NCBI GenBank assembly: GCA_041736175.1
Contig: JBGSUI010000219.1
Location: 1-64,000 of the forward strand
Length of the DNA stretch: 64,000 nucleotides
DNA from: Oligoflexales bacterium
Lineage (GTDB): Bacteria; Bdellovibrionota_B; Oligoflexia; Oligoflexales; CAIYRB01
Direction: 5' to 3'
Shown: one piece after another, positions 18,268 through 28,372 of the stretch
Layout: each line of letters opens with the position of its first letter
Numbering within the stretch: the stretch's first letter is position 1
Program-made: the position numbers and the translations under genes
Notes under the pieces: generated by a model
Told to the model about the DNA's origin: nothing
The model's database searches: none
Seen by the model: only the letters and a program-made list of their open reading frames with translations

Positions 18268-19407
18268 TCAGTGAGTCAGCTCTTTGGATTTCTCTTGGCT
18301 TGGGTGTGGAATGGGGTTGGGGTTGGGGTGGGGGTGGGGGTTTTGGTCGAGACTGAGCACTCCCAAAACCGGCTCCACCAAAAGGACGGCGCCCTTTTTG
18401 GAAATATGGATTCCGTCGGTCGTCCTAATTTTTTCTGATTTACCATCAATAGTCAGATAGCTGAGGAACCCTCCCTTAGGGTTTCCAAACACGGTGGCTG
18501 TATCCAGATATTTCATACAGGGGTATTTTTCTGCAGTCCGCGCAATCCACTGGTTAAGGCGTGAGGCTTTTTTCTGAAAATTAGGCGACTGCATGGGCGG
18601 CAATCCAACCCAAACACCAAGAGTGGCCTTATTGCAGATTCCCTCCATCACGGCAGCGATCCGACTTTTATAGGTCTTAACCCACTCAGAGGTGCCGTAA
18701 CTTAAAATTTTGCCATTTTCTGCGAAATCCTGGCTATCGTTAGCTCCCATTAAGACAATCACCGCCTGAAATCGTTGTTGCTGGGTCAATTGATCGATTT
18801 CTTGTCGCCAATCAAAGACATCAGGCCTTGCCAAGCCCGTGGCTAATTTTGCTTTAAGAGTCACTAAAACCTCGCCCTTGATTTCAAGCTGCTCTTTCAA
18901 GACCGGTCCTACTGTCATCATCAAGGAGTCACCCACAATCAGGACCCGACTTCCGGTGGTTTCAGGGGCCGCCTGTGAGGCCGTCGCAATCTCCCGCGAC
19001 TGCTCATAGTCTTGTTTTAATCGGGGGTTTTTTGCCCAGTTGGCATCACGTTCAGATATTTTTGATCTTTTTTCTTGTTTGGCGATTTGCTGGTGCTCGT
19101 ACTTACGCGGATAAACTAAGCGAGGAGCCTCTTGTAAATCGAGCCATCGGGTTTCTATTGTATACTTTGGTTCTTCAAGACCCCATTTTGCCATCTGCCG
19201 CCAATGATCTTCGGCGATCACTCGCATTTTTTGGGTCACGGGGTTTACAGGGATCTTCGTCGTCCAAGCATGGATTCCCTTTGAATCAAACAGAAGGATC
19301 GTCCCATAGAAACAAATTATGGCTAAGGTAACCTGGGACAGACGGTAGGTTTTGGGGACAGGTGTGGCTGGAGGAGGAGGAGGGATGCTTTTGTCGTCTT
19401 GTGACAT
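18268..19407 (-). CDS. SGNH/GDSL hydrolase-like (DUF459) periplasmic O-acetylation partner
   Basis: GDSLM, TGLARPD, GANDSQD and DGIH; one N-terminal TM; downstream of the MBOAT gene. Confidence 0.85.
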   Translation of the reverse strand: MSQDDKSIPPPPPATPVPKTYRLSQVTLAIICFYGTILLFDSKGIHAWTTKIPVNPVTQKMRVIAEDHWRQMAKWGLEEPKYTIETRWLDLQEAPRLVYPRKYEHQQIAKQEKRSKISERDANWAKNPRLKQDYEQSREIATASQAAPETTGSRVLIVGDSLMMTVGPVLKEQLEIKGEVLVTLKAKLATGLARPDVFDWRQEIDQLTQQQRFQAVIVLMGANDSQDFAENGKILSYGTSEWVKTYKSRIAAVMEGICNKATLGVWVGLPPMQSPNFQKKASRLNQWIARTAEKYPCMKYLDTATVFGNPKGGFLSYLTIDGKSEKIRTTDGIHISKKGAVLLVEPVLGVLSLDQNPHPHPNPNPIPHPSQEKSKELTH

Positions 19408-19416
19408 CCATACCCC

Positions 19417-20829
19417 CTAAAACTTAAAGTAAATAAAAGGCGCCACAGCACTCGGCGACAGAGCACTCAGAAACACCACGACAAAGCCTAGGGTTGCCCC
19501 CTGGAAAGCCAAGGGGATCTTGGCGATGTTATTTTCAAAAAAAGTCACGGACTTTTCGGGGACCATCTGTCCTAGGATCGCTATCGCAAAAATCACACCC
19601 ACATAGGTTCCGAAAATCTTCGAATGCATCTGTAAGTTGCCAAAACCTCCGAGATACTCCCTGGCGACGTTTAAACTCTCTGCGTTAAAAAAAATCCAAG
19701 CCAGACACACACAATGAAACACGACCACCTGGCGAAGATATTTTCCGACACCATAGGCCTGAATCACCAGATTCCACCGTGAGAGCTCTTTTTCCAAGAT
19801 AAGACCAAATCCATGGATCAACCCCCAGATCACAAAATTCCAATTTGCTCCATGCCATAACCCCCCCAAGACCATCGTGATAAGGAGATTGCGGTAAGTC
19901 TTAAAAATCCCCTTTCTTGATCCCCCAAGAGGCACGTAAAGGTAGTCCCTTAAAAACGAGCTGAGGGATATATGCCACCTTTTCCAAAAATCGCTAAGCG
20001 AGACTGCCCTGTAGGGTTGGTTGAAATTTCTCTTAAATTCAAAACCCAAAAGGTAAGCCGTGCCGATGGCGATATCGCTATAGGCGCTAAAATCAAAATA
20101 GATTTGAAAAGCGTAACCATAGGCGCCGAGGAGCAGATCAAAGCTGGAATGGGATTTAGGTGATTCAAAGACGGGACCCACCACTTCGACGGCGAGGGTA
20201 TGTGCCAGGACAATTTTTTTAAACAAACCGATTCCGATAAGAAAAAAAGCTCTGGTTGCAAAGATTTGAGTAGAGTTCGGCGGCTGGGCTAACTGGGGCA
20301 AAAAATCCTTAGCTCGCACGATGGGGCCAGCTACCAAGTGGGGAAAAAAGGAGTTATAGAGCAAGACATCTATAGGATTTATGCAAGCTCTTATATGCCC
20401 CTTATAGACGTCGACAACGTAAGAGATCCCCTGAAATGTAAAAAATGAAACCCCAACCGGGAGCAAGACTTCGAATATTTTTATCTCTCTGGATAGTCCA
20501 ACGAGATGCAGGAGATCATTGAACGAACTTTGGAAAAACCCTACATATTTAAAAAAGCCCAAGACCAGCAAATTAAATCCACAGGCGACAACTAGGATCA
20601 TTTTTCGGGTGCGTTTGTCTTGATAGGCTTCTAAAAATAAGGCAAGACTGAAGTTTGCAAAGGAACTGGCTGCCAGCAAAAAACTAAACCTGTAATCCCA
20701 CCAGGAATAAAAAATATAGCTCAATATGAGCAGAACTATTTTGTTTGACATAGGATGTTTGGACGACAACCAAGATAGCGCAAAGGCTATCAGAAAAAAA
20801 ACACCAAATTCTCCTGTTGGAAACAACAT
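19417..20829 (-). CDS. MBOAT family O-acyltransferase (AlgI/PatA/DltB-like)
   Basis: LPVGVSFFTFQ, FFPHLVAGPI, QIYFDFSAYSD, FWKRWHISLS and GLWHGA. Confidence 0.95.
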   Translation of the reverse strand: MLFPTGEFGVFFLIAFALSWLSSKHPMSNKIVLLILSYIFYSWWDYRFSFLLAASSFANFSLALFLEAYQDKRTRKMILVVACGFNLLVLGFFKYVGFFQSSFNDLLHLVGLSREIKIFEVLLPVGVSFFTFQGISYVVDVYKGHIRACINPIDVLLYNSFFPHLVAGPIVRAKDFLPQLAQPPNSTQIFATRAFFLIGIGLFKKIVLAHTLAVEVVGPVFESPKSHSSFDLLLGAYGYAFQIYFDFSAYSDIAIGTAYLLGFEFKRNFNQPYRAVSLSDFWKRWHISLSSFLRDYLYVPLGGSRKGIFKTYRNLLITMVLGGLWHGANWNFVIWGLIHGFGLILEKELSRWNLVIQAYGVGKYLRQVVVFHCVCLAWIFFNAESLNVAREYLGGFGNLQMHSKIFGTYVGVIFAIAILGQMVPEKSVTFFENNIAKIPLAFQGATLGFVVVFLSALSPSAVAPFIYFKF

Positions 20830-20917
20830 CTACGTTAGGCCCCCCATTGAATCCAAGTCACGTTTCGGAAGGCCCGCCTGAGGCTTGAGAAAAATTACAG
20901 AAAAGAATATTTTTACG

Positions 20918-20943
20918 AAAAAAATTGCCCCTTTGCGGGGCGA
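20918..20943 (-). terminator. Probable intrinsic terminator
   Basis: Minus strand GCCCC-GCAAA-GGGGC followed by AATTTTTTT. Confidence 0.6.
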
Positions 20944-21011
20944 GGATCAAGCGGATTAAATTGAGGTTTTTAATAGGGGGGGGCTGGCTGGATCGTTAGC
21001 TCTAGTGGTTA

Positions 21012-21437
21012 TTATGATCCAGCAATCATGAGATTCTCCTTAAAGGATCTCACACCTATGAGTAGCTCCTCGACAAGTTCATCGACCCTATGGTTGAGAC
21101 CCTGTCGCCCGACGAGTTGGATGGCGATACAGATCTTCATGGCTTCAAAGATGCCAGCGCGAGCTGCAAGTCCTGTCAACTCTTTAGCTTTTACCATGGC
21201 ACACTCTGTGTTTGAATCGTTTAGGAGATCTTTAAGCTCATAGACGCCTTCCTCAAGACAAATCATGCGATGGACCATGGATTTAAGGGTTTCGTCCGAA
21301 AACCCTCGCCTTCTTGTTAAAAAGCCGCCCTTTTTTCGGTCATGTTGAGGATAGTAACCAGACTTCAAACCTTCTTTGTCTAGAGCAACCTTAAGCATTC
21401 GGTCATTCCTCCAAAAGATCTTTTTTAGTCGCCGCAC
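21012..21437 (-). CDS. Hypothetical protein with Hpt-like helical C-terminus
   Basis: AKELTGLAARAG..EAMKIC..IQ resembles the Hpt pattern AHxLKGxAxxxG but lacks the His. Confidence 0.5.
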   Translation of the reverse strand: MRRLKKIFWRNDRMLKVALDKEGLKSGYYPQHDRKKGGFLTRRRGFSDETLKSMVHRMICLEEGVYELKDLLNDSNTECAMVKAKELTGLAARAGIFEAMKICIAIQLVGRQGLNHRVDELVEELLIGVRSFKENLMIAGS

Positions 21438-21465
21438 ACTTCGAGATAGCTATACTTGAAAAAAT

Positions 21466-22065
21466 TTAAATCTCATGGAATATATTCCCATTCCCTATCA
21501 AATGAGGCGTTTTGAAGAGGTGACCCAGGATCAAAAACGGCGCAAAAATCGCTATCATTCCCCCATTGGTTCCCAACGCGTATAAATAATAAGACCATAC
21601 AATAAGGTAAGTACCAACTCGATTCGAGTCGGTCTTATTAAATTTATATTTCCTAGTTTTGAAAATAAGCCCTACAGACCAGAACCCAATCCCTAACCCT
21701 TCAACAAGCCCAATCTGAGTCCGTTCACGATCGACAATAACTAATAAGATTGGCCCAGTAGCTAGAAATATCACCACGACATTTTTCATAAAGTTTAGAG
21801 GCTCGAACCCCATCGAGCCTTCGTTCAATCGCGACCCTTCACCTAGTGTTTCGTAGATGGTCCAGGTGATCGCCATCAAGACGATAGCTGCGTTTCTGGT
21901 ATTGAGTGCAGCGGGCTGGTGCCAAATAAGGAAACACAGATAGGACAAACAGGTCACACCAAAGAGCGCAAAACGAAGTCTCTGGGTTTTCTTGCCAAGA
22001 GTGGCAATCATTGCCGCGATCGACAAAAGTATGAAGCCTGCGAGCGCAACTTCCAAATGAGTCAT
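21466..22065 (-). CDS. Membrane protein, degenerate DUF1295-like
   Basis: Multiple TMs; LGIGFWSVGLIF and GTYLIVWSYYLYAL resemble DUF1295 flanks. Confidence 0.5.
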   Translation of the reverse strand: MTHLEVALAGFILLSIAAMIATLGKKTQRLRFALFGVTCLSYLCFLIWHQPAALNTRNAAIVLMAITWTIYETLGEGSRLNEGSMGFEPLNFMKNVVVIFLATGPILLVIVDRERTQIGLVEGLGIGFWSVGLIFKTRKYKFNKTDSNRVGTYLIVWSYYLYALGTNGGMIAIFAPFLILGHLFKTPHLIGNGNIFHEI

Positions 22066-22176
22066 CCTGGTTCCTTACAAGAGTCTCCGTTCTATCCTAA
22101 CATTTTTTTAAAAATCGGTCCTTTAGATAAACATGGTTCAGGGAGACTCCCAAAAATCCTCCTGTTAAGATGATTT

Positions 22177-22995
22177 TTAATCTTTTAATCCAGAGGATTT
22201 ATGAATGCCCAGAATTTGCCAAACTTTATCATTGATAACTGTTGGCAAAAGACTCCGAGCCAGTGGAATCAAATGGGCAATCTCAGGATCAATCACTAAG
22301 GTTTTTCCTCGCTTGAAACCATCGTAAGCCTTTTGAACCGTATCTGCAGGATTTAGCCACCGTGATAAAAAGGGTGGCTTGGCCCCACGAAACATACCTG
22401 TTTGGACATAACTCGGGCAAAAGGTCATAAGTTTAATCCCTTCTAAACCAGCTTCCCGCATCTCAAGTCTCAAAGACTCCGTAAATCCAATGACAGCCCA
22501 TTTTGAGGCCACATAGGATGCCATATGGGGCACTCCTGTAAGCCCCGCCATGCTGGCAATATTCACAATATATCCTGCATGCCGAGCGACCATCGTCTTA
22601 AGAACCATATGGGTTATCGACATCAACCCAAGAATATTCACCTCCATCACATCTCGATGTTTCTCAAAGGGAACCCCGACAAACTTACCTCGATGAACCA
22701 ATCCTGCATTATTGACCAAAATATCGACTTGGTTGCCCTTTATAAACTCTTGGACTCGGTCTCGCAAGGCTCCGTCGTCTCTCATATCGACAGGCAGGAT
22801 GTCTATCATTTGATTTTTTGCTGTAAGGCTTAACTCTTTTTGTGCCTTCAAAAGAGCCTCTTGGTTTTGCCCTAATAAAACCACATGGGCCTGGTCTTTG
22901 AGGAGAAGCTTTGCCCACTCAAACCCCATTCCCCGAGAGCCTCCTGTAATCAGGGCTCGCATCCCGGCTACCTTAACTCCCACAGGTTTATCCAC
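22177..22995 (-). CDS. Short-chain dehydrogenase/reductase
   Basis: TGGSRGMG, NNAG and YVASK. Confidence 0.95.
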   Translation of the reverse strand: MDKPVGVKVAGMRALITGGSRGMGFEWAKLLLKDQAHVVLLGQNQEALLKAQKELSLTAKNQMIDILPVDMRDDGALRDRVQEFIKGNQVDILVNNAGLVHRGKFVGVPFEKHRDVMEVNILGLMSITHMVLKTMVARHAGYIVNIASMAGLTGVPHMASYVASKWAVIGFTESLRLEMREAGLEGIKLMTFCPSYVQTGMFRGAKPPFLSRWLNPADTVQKAYDGFKRGKTLVIDPEIAHLIPLARSLLPTVINDKVWQILGIHKSSGLKD

Positions 22996-23040
22996 AGAGC
23001 GACTCCTTAGTGGTCGATGATTTCTATGCCTGAGACACCG

Positions 23041-23625
23041 CTACAGGTCTTTTACTCCACAGCGTCGCTGCCGATCTAGCCTTAATTTTGCCTCTCTGGC
23101 GCGGCATATCTCACAGAGAACCTCTCCTTCAGTGCAGCATTGGTCCTCCACATCGACTTTATCACAACCTTTTCCCTCGGGAACGCTGCATTTTTGGCGC
23201 CACCCAATCATCGCATTCAGGGCTTTCATCCGACAATCGACACACTCATCGCGATCCCCCCCACAGCAAGTGGTGATCTTAACCCCTGGGCCGCAGGTTT
23301 TAAGCTCTTCAAAGGTTGGTAGGCACTCTTGACGCCATTTTTCAAGAGCTGCTTGCATTTGAATCCTACAGAAACCACAGTCTTGATGTGATGCCTGACA
23401 ACAATCAGCCGGATCTGGTCGAGTGATGCAGTTGGAGAGTCTCTGGCTCGCTGGAGTTTGGATATCTGGCGTGGCTGCGGGCTCCCCAACGATGCTCCCA
23501 GCAGACTCCACCTCGTCTGCCATTTCTGGAGACTTCGCCCTATCGCCCAAACAACTCGGCAACACAAAGAGAAAGGTAAGAAGGGATCCAAAAAAAGAAA
23601 CCTTAATAAAGGTTGCTTGAATCAT
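23041..23625 (-). CDS. Lipoprotein with three Cys-rich repeats
   Basis: ATG at 23625 overlaps the PilZ gene end; lipobox LPSC; three copies of C-x8-CC-x6-C-x2-C-x14-C. Confidence 0.8.
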   Translation of the reverse strand: MIQATFIKVSFFGSLLTFLFVLPSCLGDRAKSPEMADEVESAGSIVGEPAATPDIQTPASQRLSNCITRPDPADCCQASHQDCGFCRIQMQAALEKWRQECLPTFEELKTCGPGVKITTCCGGDRDECVDCRMKALNAMIGWRQKCSVPEGKGCDKVDVEDQCCTEGEVLCEICRAREAKLRLDRQRRCGVKDL

Positions 23626-23974
23626 TCGTCTCAAGTTCCAAAAGACCCTCAGCCGCACAGATTTCCCGAAGATCGCCATCAGCTTCCCTCAAAAAAAGAC
23701 CGCACCGATACATGCCGTCAATGCCGAGATGGTTATGACAATATGCTAATTCAACTCTAAACTTGTGACGATTGATAAGCAACCAATAGTAGGCGCCTTT
23801 TCTTAAATTTTCTTTGACGACAAACCCCAGCCCCCTTCGGGATACATCCGTCGGTCGAATCGCGATTTTCCAGTCGGAATTATCCTGTGAAACCAGATTG
23901 AGGCAAAAATCTCCTGTAAATCTTTCGTCCCTCTCCTCGCTCCTTTTATCTTTTGTTTTTTGTACCTGGACCAT
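23603..23974 (-). CDS. Stand-alone PilZ domain protein
   Basis: RSEER (RxxxR) and DVSRRG (DxSxxG) c-di-GMP motifs. Confidence 0.85.
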   Translation of the reverse strand: MVQVQKTKDKRSEERDERFTGDFCLNLVSQDNSDWKIAIRPTDVSRRGLGFVVKENLRKGAYYWLLINRHKFRVELAYCHNHLGIDGMYRCGLFLREADGDLREICAAEGLLELETNDSSNLY

Positions 23975-24004
23975 TTTACACTCCCCCTCAATGTGACATC
24001 CTAT

Positions 24005-24031
24005 ACATCGACAATTGAGGAGGTTTCTTTA
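24005..24031 (-). promoter_or_regulatory. Putative sigma28 (FliA) promoter
   Basis: TAAA-N15-GTCGATGT upstream of the PilZ gene. Confidence 0.55.
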
Positions 24032-24080
24032 AACTTTTTCAAAAAAAATTATTTTTATTCTTTGATTTTATAGGCTTGAA

Positions 24081-25673
24081 TTACTTTGATGAATCGCTTT
24101 TGGCGGACATACCGATCCTGTGGATTCTTAAAATCCGTCCGATGATATCGGAGGTCGAAATCCCCGGAACAAGCGGAATCGTCTGCACCTTTCCACCTTT
24201 TGATCGCACATACTCTCCACCGATGATCTCTTGGGCATCACCCTGGGCCGCATCCACTCGGTAATCGCCACCCTTAATAAGAATATCTGGTACGATCTTA
24301 CGAATTAAGTTTTCGGGGGTATTTTCGGAAAAGGGGATCACAAAGTCCACGCTTTCCAAACCTGCAAGCAGCATCATTCGCTCGGTAAGCCCCACAATAG
24401 GCCGCTCAGCTCCTTTAATGCGGCGAATCGATTCGTCGCTATTGATGCCGACGATGAGAATATCTCCCTGTTCCTTGGCGAGTTCGAGGTAGCTTACATG
24501 ACCCGCATGGAGGATATCAAAGCATCCGTTGGTAAAAACCACCTTAAGGCGACGTTCTTGGGGTATCGACGCCAAAAAAGGTATTTTTTTAAAGAGACTT
24601 TCTATATCCACAACCTTTTTAAGAGCTTTACGACCTTGACCCCACTGGACTCCACCACCACCGATTGCGCCCACACGCCCCTGATTAAGGGCTAAGATGA
24701 GTTCCTCAGCATAGACTGGTTGGGTTCCAACCTTACCGACAGCTATGGCTGCCGCTGCATTGGCCAAAATCGCGCCTTCTTCCAAGGATTCTCCACAGGC
24801 TAAACAGAGTCCCATAACCGCGGCAACGGTATCTCCTGCACCGGAGACATCGAAAACCTCCCTGGCTAATGCTTTAAGGCTCAGGATTGATTGGCCGGGG
24901 ACTGGTTCCTTTTGCGGTTTTAGCAAGATCATTCCCTTAGGCCCAAGGGTTACCAGAATATTTTCAAAACCGTAGCGACTCTGAAGGCCGCTGGCCAGGA
25001 CAGCTCCGGCTTCTGGGCCATCAGGGTCTAAATCCAGTGCTTCGCACGCCTCCTTACGATTCGGTGTGATAAGGTGCGCTCCAGAGTAGCAACTCAAATC
25101 TTTGCGTTTTGGATCCACAACCACTAAAACACCCTTAGATTGGGCGATCGCGATAATCTGCCGTAAAAAAGCATCCGTCAACAAACCCTTTCCATAGTCA
25201 CTGATCAAAATAGCATCGAATTTTGTTTGATCCAGGGCAGTGACCAAGTTTTCAATGAGATGGTGTGGGACTGAAACAGATTTTTCCCAGTCCACCCGGA
25301 TAAGCTGCTGAACGCCCGAAGTCACCCTTGTCTTGCGAATCGTGGGGCGATCCATAGCCTGTAGGACAAACTCTTCGTCAATCCCCTCTCTTTTTAGAAG
25401 TGCCTTGAGTTCTTGACCTGCCTGATCTTTTCCGACCACACTAAAGAGCTTTGCTTTTCCACCTAGTGTCTGAATGTTAAGAGCAGCGTTGGCTGCCCCC
25501 CCTGGCCTATGGAGTGTTTCTGTTACGAGATGGACCGGCACAGGTGCCTCGGGAGAGATGCGATTGACTTGTCCTATCAAATACTCGTCTAACATTACAT
25601 CGCCAACGACTGCCACTGTAGGTGTCATTTCTTTTAGCCACGGAAGAATGCCAGATTTTCCTAAATCGACCAA
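24081..25673 (-). CDS. hldE: Bifunctional heptose 7-phosphate kinase / heptose 1-phosphate adenylyltransferase
   Basis: GDVMLD, RISPEAPVPV, DVSGAGDT and TNGCFDILHAGH. Confidence 0.95.
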   Translation of the reverse strand: MVDLGKSGILPWLKEMTPTVAVVGDVMLDEYLIGQVNRISPEAPVPVHLVTETLHRPGGAANAALNIQTLGGKAKLFSVVGKDQAGQELKALLKREGIDEEFVLQAMDRPTIRKTRVTSGVQQLIRVDWEKSVSVPHHLIENLVTALDQTKFDAILISDYGKGLLTDAFLRQIIAIAQSKGVLVVVDPKRKDLSCYSGAHLITPNRKEACEALDLDPDGPEAGAVLASGLQSRYGFENILVTLGPKGMILLKPQKEPVPGQSILSLKALAREVFDVSGAGDTVAAVMGLCLACGESLEEGAILANAAAAIAVGKVGTQPVYAEELILALNQGRVGAIGGGGVQWGQGRKALKKVVDIESLFKKIPFLASIPQERRLKVVFTNGCFDILHAGHVSYLELAKEQGDILIVGINSDESIRRIKGAERPIVGLTERMMLLAGLESVDFVIPFSENTPENLIRKIVPDILIKGGDYRVDAAQGDAQEIIGGEYVRSKGGKVQTIPLVPGISTSDIIGRILRIHRIGMSAKSDSSK

Positions 25674-25694
25674 GTTAAACCCTCCGACGAAAGA

Positions 25695-25734
25695 TTGACG
25701 ACATTTCTTTGACGACTTCAGTCACAAATCTGAC
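25695..25734 (+). promoter_or_regulatory. Putative enhancer (UAS) for a sigma54 activator
   Basis: TTGACGAC direct repeat (25695, 25709) and GTCA-N6-TGAC (25721-25734, FleQ-box-like), about 110 bp upstream of the sigma54 promoter. Confidence 0.5.
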
Positions 25735-25843
25735 AAAACCTAATCACTATGATCCAAATGTGGTTATAGCACACCATAACAATCAAATAAATCCTTTGCT
25801 ATTTCAGGGAGCCAAATATCTGTGAGACTCCAGTTGAAACTGT

Positions 25844-25859
25844 TGGCACAGACTTTGCT
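25844..25859 (+). promoter_or_regulatory. Sigma54 (-24/-12) promoter of the flagellar operon
   Basis: TGGCAC-AGACT-TTGCT, a consensus match. Confidence 0.85.
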
Positions 25860-25907
25860 AACTAAAGAATACGCGTCAGTTTTTGCCCCCCCAAGTTTGA
25901 GATTCCT

Positions 25908-28349
25908 ATGACACTAGGCACATCCACCAAAATATCTTCGAAAATCTCCACGATTTTTGCTTGGGTCTTGGGCGCATGCCTCTTAATAGTTCCCAGATCT
26001 CCCTTCATCAATGTTGCGGCTGGCCAGGGGAGTTTTTCGCAAATCACGGCGACTCTCCCATCGGATAGACCCTTCCGCTATGATTACCAAAGCCAAGATC
26101 ATTCCCTCAATTTAGAGTTTGATAAAACCTCTCCCGATGAGCTGGCAGCTTTTGAGCGCTATGACGAAAAAATGGTCAAACGAGTTGTCTTTAAGGATAT
26201 GTCACCTGCTGGCACACGAGTCAAACTTGTATTAAAAAACCGTGATATCAAAGTCCTTGTCCAGTCCTATAAAGAGCCTTTCCGCATTGTCATAGACATG
26301 TACGACTCCAACTACCAACCTACTTTTGATTTAAAAACGAATTTCCCATTGACAACTCCCTACAGCGATTCCACCTCTTCTATCACAGGGGATTCCTCCA
26401 ACAGTTCTTTGCCTGACTATAAAAATAGTGGAAAGGGTTTGATGCTTCTCAAGAGCACTCCTGAACCTCTTGCTACCCCTAGTTCCTCGCCGGTTCCCGC
26501 TCAAACCACCAACGCAAACCAAAGACGCCTTCTTCAGCCATTAGGAAAAATATTCCTTTCACCCCAAGATATGCAGGCCGCCCTCGCCGGTATTCCTGAC
26601 GGCCAAGGCAGCATGTGGGCCTCCTACCCTCCTTATATCTATCGATTGCAAACGGCAGCCTATGACCGTCGAGACTTTACTGGAAACAACGAACGGTCAA
26701 ACCCATCGCTACCATCCCTATCCGATGCACTCTCTTCCTCTAAAATCATGGCAGACTATGCCGGAAAAATGTTTGACCTGGGAAACGAAAACAAAGCACT
26801 GGTCACCTACAATCAAATATTGCAAAAGGACCCGGCCTTTTTTGACCAGGACGCCTTGTCACTCTGGAAATTGGCAGAGATCCACTTAGGAAGCGGAAAC
26901 CTCACCCTTGCTCGCGGCTACTACGAGGTTTTGGTGTCGAAGTACCCGGAATCAGCGTTGGCGCCATTTAGTCGGCTACGCATCCTCGACGTGGCCGCGA
27001 TACGCTATATACAAAAAAACCGGTTTAAAGATCTTTCGGATTTTGTAGAAAAACTTGATTCCATAAAAGTTTGGAATAACGGAGAAGTCTCCGGACTTAT
27101 CGCCCTAAGGAGAGCCTACTGGTCCAGCCCAGGTACCGAAGTCGGCAATAATTATGCCCTGATTCCGCGTGTCAAACGGGATATCTATCAGCTTTTATCA
27201 ACCCAATATGCTGGTGCCGAAAATCCTCGCACGGCCTTTCTTATCTCAAGCATTCTGATCAATGAATTCTGCCAAAACGACTATCAGTGGCAACGGTCCA
27301 ATGGCCTTTTTGCAGAAGAATACTTTAAAAGATTCTCTGGACCTAAAACAGAACAATATCAAAACACCCTACGCGAAAAGCTGTTCCTTAAAATCAACTC
27401 TACGATTCAAAACAAAGTCGCCGCCGGTAATCTCATTGATGCGATCGAAGATTACGAAAATCTTCCGAAGTCCATGCAATCGGTTCGCAAAAATGCCAAA
27501 ACCGGATGGTCCCTCGCTGAGTCCTACCGCCTTTTGGGACACCTTGGCAAATCTCTGGAATTTTATAAAAACGCAGCTGATGCTGTACCCGAAGGTAGCA
27601 TCGACCGGTTTAAATCAGAATTCTGGGTTGCTTATATATCATTTTTGGAATCAAAAGAAAGAAGCTCTACAAATAAAGCCACTTCAAACCAAAATCTAGT
27701 GAAACAAGCTCAAAAATATGATTCCAGGATGGCTGCTTCCTGGAACCGCCTCAGCCAAGTCGACAAAGATAAGCTCGCGGAGTCCTACAAGGAAAACTTT
27801 GAAAAGGCCGTCACAAACAGCGTTAAGCTCCGAAAGCCTGCGCAAATCGTCTTGGGAAACTGGACCGCTAAACTAACTTCCAAGATCTCTACGTCGACTC
27901 CCCAAGAGCCTGGCATCAACGGCATCGATAAATCTTACAGTCCATCTGCAAGTGCTTTATTTTTACTCACTGACCTGAGCAAACTTTTTGAGAGTCTTGG
28001 GATGCTTAAGGAAAAACGTGAGGCCACCCTGCTCTTAAAAAACATGAAGCCCGGCGATTTCTTAGATGACCAATCAGCAAAAAATATTTGGGCTGAACAA
28101 CTCGAAAAGCTTGCAGAAGAATATCGGAAATCTAACCAATATCTGGATGCTGGAAAGCTTTTCGGATTTGTCGGCGAAAACAGCGAAAATTGGGAGAAAA
28201 AGGCCGAGACTCTCTACAAGAGCGGCCTCCTGCTTTTTAGAGCAGGTCGTAAGCAGGACGCCATCAACTCCCTCCAAAAGGCAGCGGACGACGGCAATAA
28301 CCTATTCTATGCAAATTTGGCAAAAGAGCGCTTGAACCAAATTCAATAA
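25908..28349 (+). CDS. Exported TPR-repeat protein with an AMIN-like N-terminal region, first gene of the flagellar operon
   Basis: Signal/TM; EPFRIVIDM (AMIN-like); multiple TPR-like helical repeats. Confidence 0.75.
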   Translation: MTLGTSTKISSKISTIFAWVLGACLLIVPRSPFINVAAGQGSFSQITATLPSDRPFRYDYQSQDHSLNLEFDKTSPDELAAFERYDEKMVKRVVFKDMSPAGTRVKLVLKNRDIKVLVQSYKEPFRIVIDMYDSNYQPTFDLKTNFPLTTPYSDSTSSITGDSSNSSLPDYKNSGKGLMLLKSTPEPLATPSSSPVPAQTTNANQRRLLQPLGKIFLSPQDMQAALAGIPDGQGSMWASYPPYIYRLQTAAYDRRDFTGNNERSNPSLPSLSDALSSSKIMADYAGKMFDLGNENKALVTYNQILQKDPAFFDQDALSLWKLAEIHLGSGNLTLARGYYEVLVSKYPESALAPFSRLRILDVAAIRYIQKNRFKDLSDFVEKLDSIKVWNNGEVSGLIALRRAYWSSPGTEVGNNYALIPRVKRDIYQLLSTQYAGAENPRTAFLISSILINEFCQNDYQWQRSNGLFAEEYFKRFSGPKTEQYQNTLREKLFLKINSTIQNKVAAGNLIDAIEDYENLPKSMQSVRKNAKTGWSLAESYRLLGHLGKSLEFYKNAADAVPEGSIDRFKSEFWVAYISFLESKERSSTNKATSNQNLVKQAQKYDSRMAASWNRLSQVDKDKLAESYKENFEKAVTNSVKLRKPAQIVLGNWTAKLTSKISTSTPQEPGINGIDKSYSPSASALFLLTDLSKLFESLGMLKEKREATLLLKNMKPGDFLDDQSAKNIWAEQLEKLAEEYRKSNQYLDAGKLFGFVGENSENWEKKAETLYKSGLLLFRAGRKQDAINSLQKAADDGNNLFYANLAKERLNQIQ

Positions 28350-28372
28350 TTTTAACGGAGGAGCCTTTATTC

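Noticed and set aside
18301..18342. GGGGTT/GGGGTG hexamer run as a phase-variation tract
   Set aside because: In-frame, imperfect, and encodes an (N/H)P tail; no frameshift potential
22988..22996. Perfect DnaA box TTATCCACA suggesting oriC
   Set aside because: Single copy overlapping a start codon; no box cluster or dnaA nearby
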